DNA from: Paraphysomonas bandaiensis
Taxonomy: Eukaryota; Protista; Chrysophyceae
Direction of reading: 5' to 3'
Assembly (NCBI GenBank): GCA_965644295.1
Contig: CBFFRP010000019.1
Location: 124,001-188,000 of the forward strand
DNA: 64,000 bases
Positions 26,312-37,876 of the stretch are shown here, piece after piece (position 1 is the stretch's first letter; every line of letters starts with the position of its first letter). The notes below the pieces were generated by a model. The model was not told the DNA's origin. It was given only the letters and a program-made list of their open reading frames with translations, and searched no databases. Both the position numbers and the translations under genes were made by a program.

Positions 26312-28888
26312 ATGGGCGGATATGTATCTTTGCATTCAAAAACCACACCAGATGACTATGATGTGGATAGTAATGGAAGTATGCCTATTGCTCCTACTCC
26401 AAGTAGCACCAGCCGGTCATCTAATCCTATTAGAAGATTTACAATGCAACTTGATAAGAGCATATCAAACACCATATCATACACGAAGCGGCGTGCTGGT
26501 ATGATGCTTTCTCGAAAGTCACATTTCGATCAGTTCACCTCACAGATATCAGGCCTTCCGAAGAATCAGAAATCTAAAGGAAGAATTAAATTTATTCGTT
26601 TATTGAAGAAAAATGCTTTTTTGAAGTTGTCTTCTATATCTGGATTTCTTGACAGAGTGAAAAAAATATCTGCTGGGATTAAATTTCAATGCAACAGATC
26701 AGATGACAGCAGTAGTATGGCTTCAATCGGTACAATAGATGATTCCTCGTTTCTGGAATTGGAGAAACTGTTATCGGACTGTACGGACATTAAAAAGGAT
26801 TTAGAGGATACACTTATATGGACTGCTACTCAGAAAGACGATTGCTTTGAACTTTTTCCGCTTGAAGACAGCCCTCCATTCACTTATGTTTCTCATCGTG
26901 AGGGAAGTCCACTGGGGGGCACGTGTGAGCTTGTAATTGGTATGGCGAATGCGAAGGAGGACTACATTTGGTTTGACATGTGTTGTATACCTAATACTTT
27001 TACTCGAATGGAGGACAGTCTCTACACCGTTGTGTTATGGAATATGGAGGCTTATATTGAACATGCAACGACGATGATAACATATCATGGCAATGATGGA
27101 ATCTGTTTGGTCGCTCATGTAGATACTCCTCCTTGCGATGGACATCAAGGGATTCCTGAAGTGGTTGATGTGTCTGAAGATAACCCTTCAACTATCCCCA
27201 CACCAAAAATCGCTGATGGTAAGTATTGTTACGATTTTACTAGAAGCATTAATTTTGGAGAATGTAATTCAGAAGCAATTGTTAAACAACCTCCTGATGT
27301 ATGTGGAAACGATACTGCCGGAAGCATAGGTGATCAAGGGGAGCTTGTTGAAGCACTTCCAGCACCGAGAGTTATACGCAGCTTGGATGACGTGTCGCAT
27401 GGAATGCTTTATACCCTTTCACTTCTTCATAGCTGCGAGTCACTGCCGTCTTACGTTACATCGGAACTACACTGTCGCAACCAATCAACGAGTGTGACTT
27501 TGTGGTATGAGATGGAAAGAATCTGCAACAAGAATATGCTCTTATCTGCCCCATCAGTTGGAACTGATGATAAAGTGACTACATTAAAGTGTAATTCTAG
27601 TGTAGATTTAGAAACATTAACTCATATTCTATGCGAGAAGAAATGTTTGCCTGCCATTTTTACAGAGTCGACTCTATACAGTATCGAAACGAGTAGCAAA
27701 CGACCCTCTCCGGTGATTATTATGCCAGACCATCGACGTACCGTGGCAGGAAGTGACCATGGCTGGGTTTACGTGTCATCCTCCGAGAGTTGGGTGTTTC
27801 AGTTGTATTGGCCGCAGAACAGTACTCATGAAGAAATTAGTATTCACATTCACCAAAAGTGCCTTAAAGGCACAAGAGACCGGACGGCCCCTGTTAATGT
27901 GCGTGGTGATATGTTACATTTTCATAGAAATAGTCAGAGCTATGAGGATCTCCCTTGTGTTATATGTCGTCGTAACGGATGGAACTGTAGGGAGTGTCAA
28001 TATGTCAATGAGCGCACAGCTATTGTGTGTGTTATATGTAAGGCTCCAAAGGAGCGTCCTCCAAGTACGCACTCCACAGTAGAAGAGATTAAAGACGAGG
28101 ACATGGGTCCAGTGAACCTCGAGGTTGGAGTTGAAGTGGAAGTAAGCAATTTCTTGGGAGCACCGCGTAGAAAAGGCGTAATTGTGGCCGTGCGAGATGG
28201 AGACATGTTTGATGTAAAGTTCGGAGATGGTGAAGTTGAGCCATACATTTCTGAAGAAAATATATTTCCAGTGTTGTCTCGTTGCCGCACAGATGGACCG
28301 ACTCCTCCACAGAGAGTGTGTGCTGTCTGCCGCTCTATAAATGGCCCAAAGGATTTAGTTTGCCTTATGTGTCAAGCGCATTTGATTGGCGGAGATGATG
28401 ACGATGGATGCTCATACAACGCATTGCCGATTGGAAAGAAGGTTGTGGTTTGCGATGACGAGGGAGTTCGCGAAGGAATAGTAGCAGCCGTGCATAGATT
28501 CGGGATGTACGATATTGACTATTCAGATGGTAAAAAAGGATCATATATTGCGGAAGAACGTGTTAAGGACTTCGATATGCTGTATAAGTGGCAATGTGAC
28601 TTTTGTAAACATTATACGTCAAATGACAGCAGTGTGTGCTCGTTCTGTGAAAGTGACCGCGATGAAAATGCTGACGGTGTATTCAAATCACAAGTACTGA
28701 AGATGCAAATGATGGGTGCAAAGGTAGATGTTAAGCTTGGTGGTGGGAAAATATATTATCCTGGAGTGATTACACGGGTTCGAAGAAATGGCTTATATGA
28801 TGTAAAATGTGACAACGGGGAGACTGAAACTCACGTCAAAGAATCAAATATTGCTGTGATAGGAATATTTTGTGGAAATTTCGACTGA
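26312..28888 (+). CDS. HET-like domain protein with three alternating RanBP2-type zinc fingers and Tudor-like repeats
   Basis: Uninterrupted ORF starting MGGYVS. FTYVSHR...YIWFDMCCIP...NMEAYIEHA is HET-like. Fingers: WNCRECQYVN......CVIC, CAVCRSIN......CLMC, WQCDFCKHYT......CSFC. Each is followed by a G..V.V......G.I..V...G.YD.Y.DG..E Tudor-like unit. Confidence 0.75.
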   Translation: MGGYVSLHSKTTPDDYDVDSNGSMPIAPTPSSTSRSSNPIRRFTMQLDKSISNTISYTKRRAGMMLSRKSHFDQFTSQISGLPKNQKSKGRIKFIRLLKKNAFLKLSSISGFLDRVKKISAGIKFQCNRSDDSSSMASIGTIDDSSFLELEKLLSDCTDIKKDLEDTLIWTATQKDDCFELFPLEDSPPFTYVSHREGSPLGGTCELVIGMANAKEDYIWFDMCCIPNTFTRMEDSLYTVVLWNMEAYIEHATTMITYHGNDGICLVAHVDTPPCDGHQGIPEVVDVSEDNPSTIPTPKIADGKYCYDFTRSINFGECNSEAIVKQPPDVCGNDTAGSIGDQGELVEALPAPRVIRSLDDVSHGMLYTLSLLHSCESLPSYVTSELHCRNQSTSVTLWYEMERICNKNMLLSAPSVGTDDKVTTLKCNSSVDLETLTHILCEKKCLPAIFTESTLYSIETSSKRPSPVIIMPDHRRTVAGSDHGWVYVSSSESWVFQLYWPQNSTHEEISIHIHQKCLKGTRDRTAPVNVRGDMLHFHRNSQSYEDLPCVICRRNGWNCRECQYVNERTAIVCVICKAPKERPPSTHSTVEEIKDEDMGPVNLEVGVEVEVSNFLGAPRRKGVIVAVRDGDMFDVKFGDGEVEPYISEENIFPVLSRCRTDGPTPPQRVCAVCRSINGPKDLVCLMCQAHLIGGDDDDGCSYNALPIGKKVVVCDDEGVREGIVAAVHRFGMYDIDYSDGKKGSYIAEERVKDFDMLYKWQCDFCKHYTSNDSSVCSFCESDRDENADGVFKSQVLKMQMMGAKVDVKLGGGKIYYPGVITRVRRNGLYDVKCDNGETETHVKESNIAVIGIFCGNFD

Positions 28889-29174
28889 TTAGTTTACCAA
28901 CCCTACGTGTGGTTGATGTGGCATAGCGGCGTGTAGCTGCTTCTCTATGTAGAGTTTGCGTTGTGAAGCTCAGAAATACGCTCGCGTGGAATATTCGGGG
29001 CAATCGAAATAGTTGTTAAGGTCGTTCATGTAACATAGGATTATGTAAATAATAAAAATTGGAGGAGTAATTCCTCTGACGAACAACTCATGTTTAATAT
29101 ATTAACTAAGAATCTTCTTGACATGATTAGATGACTAGTAGCAGTCTCTATACACTATACACCGATACACCGGC

Positions 29175-29470
29175 ATGGCTGCGTAACATTAACTGCGTAA
29201 CCGTAGTTAATTCTAATTTTAATTGATTGATACTAAACTATATTAGGTATTTTTTTATACCTTAGCTGTTTGCTGTCAACATTCAACATAGCTTGCTCAA
29301 CTGTCATTTCAGAGGCGACGGTTCATGCGTAAAACATGAGTAGCTCTAAATTCTGAGGACTCATACGCTTGCGCTCATCAGACATAACAATCTGAGCTCT
29401 ACTTAATACTATTTCAACCATATTTGTTGTGGCATGTAAATGCTTCGTGCTTAATGCTACGATATCGTGT
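29175..29470 (-). mobile_element. Older hAT transposase C-terminal remnant
   Basis: STKHLHATTNMVEIVLSRAQIVMSDERKRMSPQNLELLMF resembles the hAT dimerization domain. A possible decayed end CATGGCTGCGTAAC with repeated TGCGTAAC lies at 29175. No TSD or second end found. Confidence 0.6.
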
Positions 29471-29989
29471 TTGCATGTTAAGGCGTGGCGAAGCCTACTA
29501 CCATCAATCAAACACAGTGTTTACCATCAATCGTAAATGACGATATTTTGGGGAAAACTAGGAGAAATATCAGTATTTAAGTAAAAAAAATTAAAAATTT
29601 ATTTTATTCGTAGAATTAAACAGAGAGACAACAAAATTATATACTAATTTCATTAACATTTGAGTCTAATAGTAACGCAACAGACGCACTTTTTTACCTA
29701 CCAGCAAATTTAAACACGTTATCTGCCCTCATATACTACCACAGTCTGTCAATCCATTCATGGGCAAAATAAGCGTAGCTGCTAGCAGTCATTGCCCTAC
29801 TCGTAGCTACTTTGTTTACAACCACTTGTGATTTAAATACACAACTTAATCAGTATACATTACATTATATAACTCTCCTTTCACTGTGTGAACAACACAC
29901 ACTAAGCCCATGAATATTTCTTACTTTTTATCACCCACTTTGAACGGTATTTAACACAATTGTCATCACACAACCAAAACAAGTGATAC

Positions 29990-30545
29990 ACTCCGGTACA
30001 AACACATGAGCCACTTGCATACACTCGGCTCAATGAGAGAGCACACGTAGCACTATAGCTGTACAACATTGCCATCACACAAGCCGTACAGTCATACACT
30101 AACTGTCTCGGCGGTACAACCTGAGCATATATACTAGAGTATTCACTCAGCTTGACGAGAGAACACACATTGCAGTTGTATAACTGTACAACATATATAG
30201 CCATCCCATACACGTCACACAACTCTTATAGTAGAGTGTTCACGTAGATCAACATATCCATCATACAACCGATTAACGTCACACATACTATCTTATGATA
30301 GAGTATTCACTCAGCTCAGCATATCCATCACACAAGCCATACAGTCATAATACACTGCAATAACTGTCTCGGCGGTACAACCTCGGTACAACCTTAGCAT
30401 ACTAGAGTATTCGCTCAGCTTGAAAAGAGAACATACATTTCAGTAGTATAGCTGTACAACATATAGCTATCACATAACGCCAATATACGCGTTATACACT
30501 ACTGTCTCTCAACGGTGCAACATGAGCATACTAGAGTATTCACTT
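29990..30545. repeat. Degenerate complex tandem repeat / minisatellite
   Basis: Recurring blocks CCATCACACAAGCC.TACAGTCATA, AACTGTCTCGGCGGTACAACC, TAGAGTATTCACTCAGCT and CTGTACAACAT occur 2-5 times. Confidence 0.75.
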
Positions 30546-30685
30546 TCAAGTATTCACATACTTAATGCATTTACAAGTAAAATTATATTTATTAATTTAA
30601 GACTTCACATCATATTCATATGAACTTTTGCTCACTTATGCTTATCATATGTTCACCAGGCACAGACACTCCGTATCATACATAT

Positions 30686-30817
30686 CAGGGCTAGGAAACA
30701 ATATATTGAATTGCAATATATTGTAATTGTATTGTTGAGCCTGTTTAAAATCTCATCAATAGTATTGTTGGAACGCTATCTATCAATAGTATTGCAATAT
30801 ATTGTTTCCTAGCCCTG
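30686..30817 (+). mobile_element. 132-bp hAT MITE, deletion derivative of the 6562-7359 family
   Basis: Same TIRs as 6562-7359; own 8-bp TSD ATACATAT (30678-30685, 30818-30825); the body matches the left about 30 bp plus the right about 105 bp of the longer element. Confidence 0.93.
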
Positions 30818-31265
30818 ATACATATAGTTCCTTCCTCTGAATCACACATCAATATCTGAATTTACTTCTTTTGTGACTATATTCTCCCGCTACAACTATA
30901 AGTTAATGCACACTACTAACTCACTTCAATAGCACAATATATCACATCATACTGCAGAACTCAATAGGTGCACCATAATCAGGTTCAAACTGGACACAAG
31001 AGAATTGCACAACACTTAAATCAATACATACAATATTTATTTCTTATTATCAAAAAATAATATGATTTTCTAGTCTTATTTATATAAATTCTGTCATCAC
31101 TCTAAATATTTTTCATAGTCGGCAAAGATATAGTACCGCAGATCGGAGAAAGGTAACATCCAACATATATTGCCGATATTCATGATATATACCACGTAAA
31201 GCTAAATTAAAGGCCGCATGAATCGTTCACTAACAAATTAACGCTGTAGCAATGTGAGCTGATAC

Positions 31266-33188
31266 CTAAATTTTAGGTAACAGCAGGCACAGATTATGAA
31301 AACTAGGTCTGGAGGTGGGATCCGGATGCCAGCATCTGGTGAGGATAGCTTTCAGTCTAGGGTTAATATCCCTTGGAATAGGAGGACGAAGGTTATTTTT
31401 GGCCACCCCAAACGCCGCCTGTATCGGCGATAGACCAGCAAAGGGCTGAGACCTCGAAAGAAGTTCCCAAAATAGAATCCCAAAGCTGTATACATCGGCA
31501 GCAAGGCTGTAAGACTCATGACGGATAACTTCTGGAGCCATCCATCGGTATGTTCCAGTTTCGGCAGTGGGTTCCTGTCCCGCAGATATGACACAGGACA
31601 GACCGAAATCAGCTATTTTAGCGCGACCCTCAGAATCCAACATCACATTCGCACTTTTGAGGTCTCTATGCATGATGTTGAGTGAGTGGAGATGCTTCAT
31701 ACCCTCCGCAATTTCAATCGCGATCTGGATAGGGTTGTATGTCTTCTCAGGGTTGAGAATAATATTCGCCAAGCATCCTCCTTGCAGGAACTCATAGCAC
31801 AAAAACATATCCGTGGTATCTACATATGACCCAATAAACCTACATATATTCGGATGCTCGCCAATGTCTAGCATAAGTCGAATTTCTTTGTGCCACAGGT
31901 TGATAGCTTCCTCAGACACACTATCTCCATTCTCAAGAGAGAGTGGCTTCTTGATAGCCACACGTTCTCCCGTACTCAACAGAGTCCCTTCGTATGTGAC
32001 GGTGACTAGGCCCCTCCCTACCTCCCGAGTAACACTTATATCGCTGGGAGTGAGGGCGCAAACCGAGTGTTCACTCCAGCCTAACGGGTCATCAGTCTTC
32101 AACATCCCATTCGGTGACGGAATCAAAGGAGCGGATGCTGAATCCCTACTTAAATCCACTGTTTCAGACGTTAGGCTCGACCCCGACATTGGTGGTGGCG
32201 AGGCCGCAGCCAAATGACTGATATCATGGGAGGACACAAGGGCACTTCGCTCCGCTGAAGTGTTGTCACCTTGGTCAGTGTTGTTGCTGGAACTTCGGCT
32301 TCTGTCATGATTCTGTGCAGAATATCGAGCTAGTGTGGACAACGTCTCTTCGATTCGACTCTCAAGACGCTGCAGGTCGTTGCCGTATTCAGGATGCACT
32401 TCGGCTAAAAAACGGTCGAAAGCCTATAGTGAACACTATTTAGGACACAGTGAAAGAGAAGTGGTGACGAATACTAGATATATCCGATTGGACAACACAA
32501 CTAGTACGTGAAGGCAACACATGCACAATCTACAAAATATCTGATAACTCACCACTCCCGTTTTTGTGGTCATAACATCTGCATCCATTACATTCACACT
32601 GACGTCATCCAGGGCACCAGTTATGCTATTAAAAAGTTTTGCCTTGTCTAGACAAACAATGGTGATGAGCACAACGTTCTCCATTCGCTCCTTAAGTGGA
32701 AGTTTGCAAGATACGACAAAAGCATTATTTTCGGCAACCTTATTCAATAAGGACATATGGTGAATTACGTCTTCTGGCTCAACATCAAGGGAATATCGTG
32801 ATGGTAGGGACGCGAAGTGATGAGCAATATGAGAACGAACTTCATTCCAGGTAGCATCAAGTGATAACCCCACAATATCATGTAATCTAGATTGCATAAT
32901 TCTTTCATATACATTATGTTTTAATTCTTCTTCCATAAGTGATTTTTGAAAGCTACGTGTGTTATTACAATCTATAGACCCGGAGCCCCTTTGGTGTTGA
33001 GGAAATATATTTTCTAAATCACTTGTTGAATTTCTTCTTGTAAAATTCTCTGAATGTATAATTGTATGATCTGATTGTTTTATATCAAGTGTAACATTAG
33101 GCATTCTATTGTTATTAGTATGATGATGTATTATATGATCACTTGATGAACCATACAATGCTATATCTATGTGAGTGCTGTTAGCCAT
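31266..33188 (-). CDS. ACT-domain TKL/Raf-like kinase (STY8/17/46-like)
   Basis: HFASLPSRYSLDV..EDV..H..LL followed by an ACT-like segment (ITIVCLDKAKLFNSITGAL..VNVMDADVMTT). Intron 32424-32552. Kinase motifs VAIK, HRDLKSAN, DFG and TAETGTYRWMAPEVIRH. Confidence 0.85.
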
Positions 33189-33809
33189 ACCATCAGCTCC
33201 TCATACCCAGACACAAGGTCTAGTTTAAAGGGAAACTGAATATGGATGTATCAGTTCTCTTTCTATAATGAAATTACTGTAGAAATATTTCCATATGGTT
33301 TTAATTAGATCAGAAATTCCGTGTGGTGAATGGGGCTGATAAGACAGACGATTGAGTAGATGTCCGGTACGGTATAGTATGGTACGGTATAGTATAGTAT
33401 GGTGTGGTGTGGGGTGGGGTGGGGTGGGATGAATGGAATGGGCAGAAAGTAATGTACGTTCGAGATTATTCTTGTTTGTATGCAAATACAAATCCTGTAT
33501 ACCGGTATACCGGTATGTATACTCTCATAAACTGCTGCTGGTGGTGATGATGATCAATTTTTGGCGATGAAAAAAAAAAAAATCCGTTGATATGATCCTT
33601 TTTTTTTATATGTAGCAAAGACGTTCAACAATTTCGTAACCGCCAGGACTGTGGTGTATGGATGGGTCTATATGATGAGTGTGGAATGACTATCACTCAC
33701 TCCCTCTTCGATAGAAGAAATACCAGTCAAGTATATATTATTATCCTAACTGTAGTTCCCATTAGTCGCATTGCTTTGGGTAGGTACTATACAAGCTTTG
33801 CTGACTGAT

Positions 33810-35179
33810 ATGTCGAAAGGTATAGACTATTATTTAGAGCCTGCTATTGGCCCTGGCACCTCTGCCGAGCATCGCAACTCCAAGTTTACCAGCATGAGAG
33901 GAGATGGGCGGACATCTACTTTGAATAGTAGAACATTCAATCCGTATTCTTCTGACAAGTGAGCCATTAGTATGCTAATTCGACTGCTTTGAGCTAATAC
34001 TATATTAGGGATCTCAGTTTCGGGTATGCTGGCGATCCAGCAACCTTTAAAAAAGCTATTGCCAACAGGTTATAGAATGACAATAACAACAACAAGACTT
34101 ATTAAGCATTTCGTAGATCTAAATTTGAGAACGCTGCAGCTAAGCTTATAAAAACGAGGGCTTCGATGAGCGATAAGAAACCTGCTGATGTCCTTGACAG
34201 CTTTACCAAGTCGATGTATAGAAACCCGCTGGACGTAAAACGAGGGCTATCAGAATGTACTCCTGAAGATTTTCATGAAGCATTTGAATACTTTGCCAGT
34301 GATGGCTGTATTCTTATTCATGATGTGGAGGATATTGTGAAGGGTACTTTAGGCAAAGATGTTCCTCAGTGGATACTCAGTAAGTTCGACGTATTAAGCC
34401 GGAAGGCAGCGCATTTCAAACGAGTAAACTGGGATCAATTTAGGTGGGTTATAGTGCGTAGCATTCAAGTATTTTATTTTTGAAGTAATATTTTTGAAAA
34501 AGGGATATCGTTTTCAAGGTGCAAAGCATCGGGACATCTGAGTGCAATGTTACAAAAGCTCAAATTCCTGACCATTTACGTCCTCAGACCGCTCCCATCG
34601 GTAGCGGATTAGTTCCGTACAATAATAATTCCTGCTATAAGACTGATTACAATGCAACTCGCTTTACGGACCTTTCTGCCTTTGGCGAAACCCCGAAGCG
34701 GATTGCCACTACACGTGAGCTGTTCCTAGGTATTTGAACTATCACTGCAAAACGTTATACGCTTGTAGTTCGTGTGAAACCTGGCTAAATAAATTTTCCA
34801 TATAATTAGTTATGTTCTATTATGTAACTTTGCCTCGTACCTGGAACGTTAACAGGTACAACGAAGGCTACAGACCAGCTTCCTGGTTATGGAGGTCATA
34901 TTCCGCATAATACCTTCAATATGCGAAAATATGAGCACTCAAGTGGATTGAAGCCCCGACCACAGCCATGCCATCTACGCTTGGTTAGCGAGAGGCTTGG
35001 AAGTGTGCCATCCTATACAGGTATGAGAATTGTCTTCTTAATAGATCCACAACGTCGTTTTTATTTTGGTTTCAGGTTATATTCCCATGCATACTGGACT
35101 GCAGGAAGACCGCACCACCGGGATGGACCCTAATACAACGACTGGAGCGGCCTATGGTCATATTTTTCAGGCTAAGTAG
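33810..35179 (+). CDS. Putative ciliary protein with EF-hand-like region and PGY.G.IP repeats (FAP95/FAM166-like), multi-exon
   Basis: Short ORFs linked by GT-AG introns: MSKGIDYYLEPAIG..., FHEAFEYFASDGCILIHDVEDIV, ELFLG|TTKATDQLPGYGGHIP, VPSYTG|YIP, ending at TAG 35177-35179. Confidence 0.55.
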
Positions 35180-35679
35180 ACTAGAGTTATTATCAATGGA
35201 GGGAGTACTGTCATCCTTTGGTGTGTCAGCAGATATATAATATATATGTCATCAGAAATGTATTTAATTGAAAAAGTTAATAGAGTAAGTAATAGGAAAT
35301 CAGGATACAGCATGTGGTCTTTTATATACTTATTAATATAGCAGTCAGCACCTAATGATATAAAAATTGAGCGTTCTGTACAATTCCACTACTCAAGTGG
35401 AATGCTGTACTAATTCACCATGTACTATTAATTTTACGTGCTGCTCTAGATCTAAAACCAGGTCCTGCAATGGTAAAGAAGTGGCCTGATTGATATAATT
35501 TATACCAAATATGCGACAAATTCAAACTGCCTCTATTCACCCCACCATTGTTGGCAAGCAGGCTGCGTAACAATTTATTGGTTTTCAATTGAATAGCAAT
35601 TAAGTGCCAATGGCAAGTGATTTACGCTTGTAGTATACAATGTACCTTGAAACCTCGAATTAAAAGCAAGAAATAACAC

Positions 35680-37276
35680 AATAATATTCCCCATGAATGC
35701 CTGTTAATTTTGTCCAGACCTAAGAAATACATGCTTGAGATGGCCCGTTAATGAGTGCTTAATCAATTACTACCTAATTCTATATAAACTGGCATCAGAG
35801 CGACACCACACCATAGCTTGCGGCAAAACAAATCCTTTACTATATTATCCTTCTCGTGGTGTTCTGGGGGATATTATCTCTGGACATATATCTCCTGAAA
35901 ATAACAACGAGATGCATTCATCATATTGTCAGCAGAAATTATTTTCTGCCCACTCATAGCCGTATGCTACAACAGACCCTAATATAAGTGTCACTTGTGT
36001 AGACGTCTTTGGGCCTTGACAAATAAACAGGCATTCGGGAATGGGCCCATCTCACGGGCGTCCGGTTATTGAGCTGCCTGCTGAAGTCAAGCACCCAGGC
36101 TGTTCACTTTAAGGACTCAAAAATCCTGAAGTCGGCAGATGTCAGGTATATCAACATTCTGCTTGCTCATTGCGTTTGATTAGATTGATATAGCGAAAGT
36201 GGTTACACCTTGTGGTGCTTGCGGTGACGCAAAAGCAGCTTTCGTGGCGCTAAATTGTAGGATATCAGAGTTAAGCACTCTAGTTACTATTAATTTTTAA
36301 TTCTTACTCTTAAACTCCTATTTCTTAAACAGTGACTTCTACTTTTGCCGGTGATAGCAGTAGAGTTGTATGAAAATTGTCTGAAGTCAAGGTAATACCA
36401 AAATCTGATAAACCAATTGAACCGGGTTTCATATCTAAGTATTGAATTATTATTTTACAGTAATTTGTATCTATTATGATGTTAAAGATAAAGTAAAAGT
36501 CGCAATAATAGTTGTTATTAGAAGTATTTATTGCGTTACAAGTTGCTCCTGCTACTTGTTTGGTAATATCATATTCTCATATAGCTGCATCACGACAGCC
36601 CAACTTGAAACGATCTTGACCATGTACACAACTCCCTGACGGCACACAGTGACACCTAGAAAGAGCGGTTATCGATCTACTTCTACCGCTTTATGCTGCA
36701 GTGAAGCTAATGTTACAGGATCGCGGCCGCCGTTACATCACTCTGCACAAAGAACTTCCTAGGTTACCCCCGCGACCGCGTCGAAAACGGAGTCAGCCAT
36801 GGAAGCGTCCGAGAGTGCTACGATTACTCCTAAGGGGTCCACAGAAGACCCGTGACTGCGCCACCTCCCGCCTCACACACAAATCCCATCAATCTAATCC
36901 AACACAGACTTTATCATCATCCAGACCCCCCCAAAGACGCCGTCTCTGGCAACTCCATGTACTCCTGAGGGCCAAAAAGAGCACAGCACCAATGCCCACA
37001 CATTCAACGCCTCATCCCACTGCTCTATCCAACTCACAGCCCACCCCCCAGAACTCGCTACACTCAGGGGTTTAATACAAAACCCTGAGCCCCCTCCTAA
37101 CCCAGTGGAGTCTCATCCTAAGGGGAGACCTCAAGATCACACGCGCCGGTGAGTCCCAGGACACACGATTGTGGCGGGCTTTATAACACACACAAAGAAC
37201 GGAAGTGGTCGCACCTTGGTGCTTGCGGCGACGGACAAGCAGCTTCTGTAGCGTTAAATAGTAGGATAAAAGAGTT
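35680..37276 (+). mobile_element. Probable decayed retroelement remnants sharing a ~75-bp 3' repeat
   Basis: Diverged direct repeat at 36197-36272 and 37203-37276 (AAGTGGT..CACCTT..GGTGCTTGCGG.GACG..AAGCAGCTT..GT.GCG.TAAAT.GTAGGATA..AGAGTT). Each copy is preceded by GC-richer sequence with broken reading frames and followed by AT-rich tails. Confidence 0.35.
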
Positions 37277-37876
37277 TGTATTGATTAGTTACGGATAGAG
37301 GTCTAAATAGTATGCCTAGTATTCTTCTAGCCACTAATTAGTGCAGGTTTTCAACGCCTATTGCTAAATACTAAGACATTCAATAGCTGCATTTGCCTCT
37401 TTGTGTGTATCCGGAGAATAGAGGAGATTCTAAATCTTAAAATTTTTTATCAAATACCATTTAATAATACCATTAATGGGTGCCCATTTCGCCGCAATTA
37501 TAACGACCAATAATAAATATTATGTTCCCGCAATTCAGATAGCATTAATGTTTACCAGAGGCCCTGGATTGGATCACACTGTGTACTGTGTCCAAACTTT
37601 ATCCGTTGTATTTAATTCGACACGTTGTTTTATTGTATTTTTATATCTCAAAAAGGGGCAGGTAGTGTTTAGATCAGATATAATTATTATCCTTATTCGA
37701 ATAAGTGGACATCTTCACCAAACTGGTTGTTACCTATCAAGACACAATGTACGTCGTACTACAGCTCCAATTTTTTATACATAGTGGTAATCCAGCGGGC
37801 ATTATGATATATTATCTAGTGCTCAAGGGAAATACAAATAAATAGTAGTGCGCGTATATATTATAACTAAATAATA

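Noticed and set aside
29990-30545. Possible CRISPR-like array
   Set aside because: The repeats are degenerate, the intervening segments are homologous to one another, there are no cas genes, and the context is eukaryotic.
36701-37075. 124-aa Arg/Pro-rich ORF, and a possible HDV-like or pistol ribozyme nearby
   Set aside because: No ATG-supported gene structure or recognisable domain; I could not build the required pseudoknots from the sequence.
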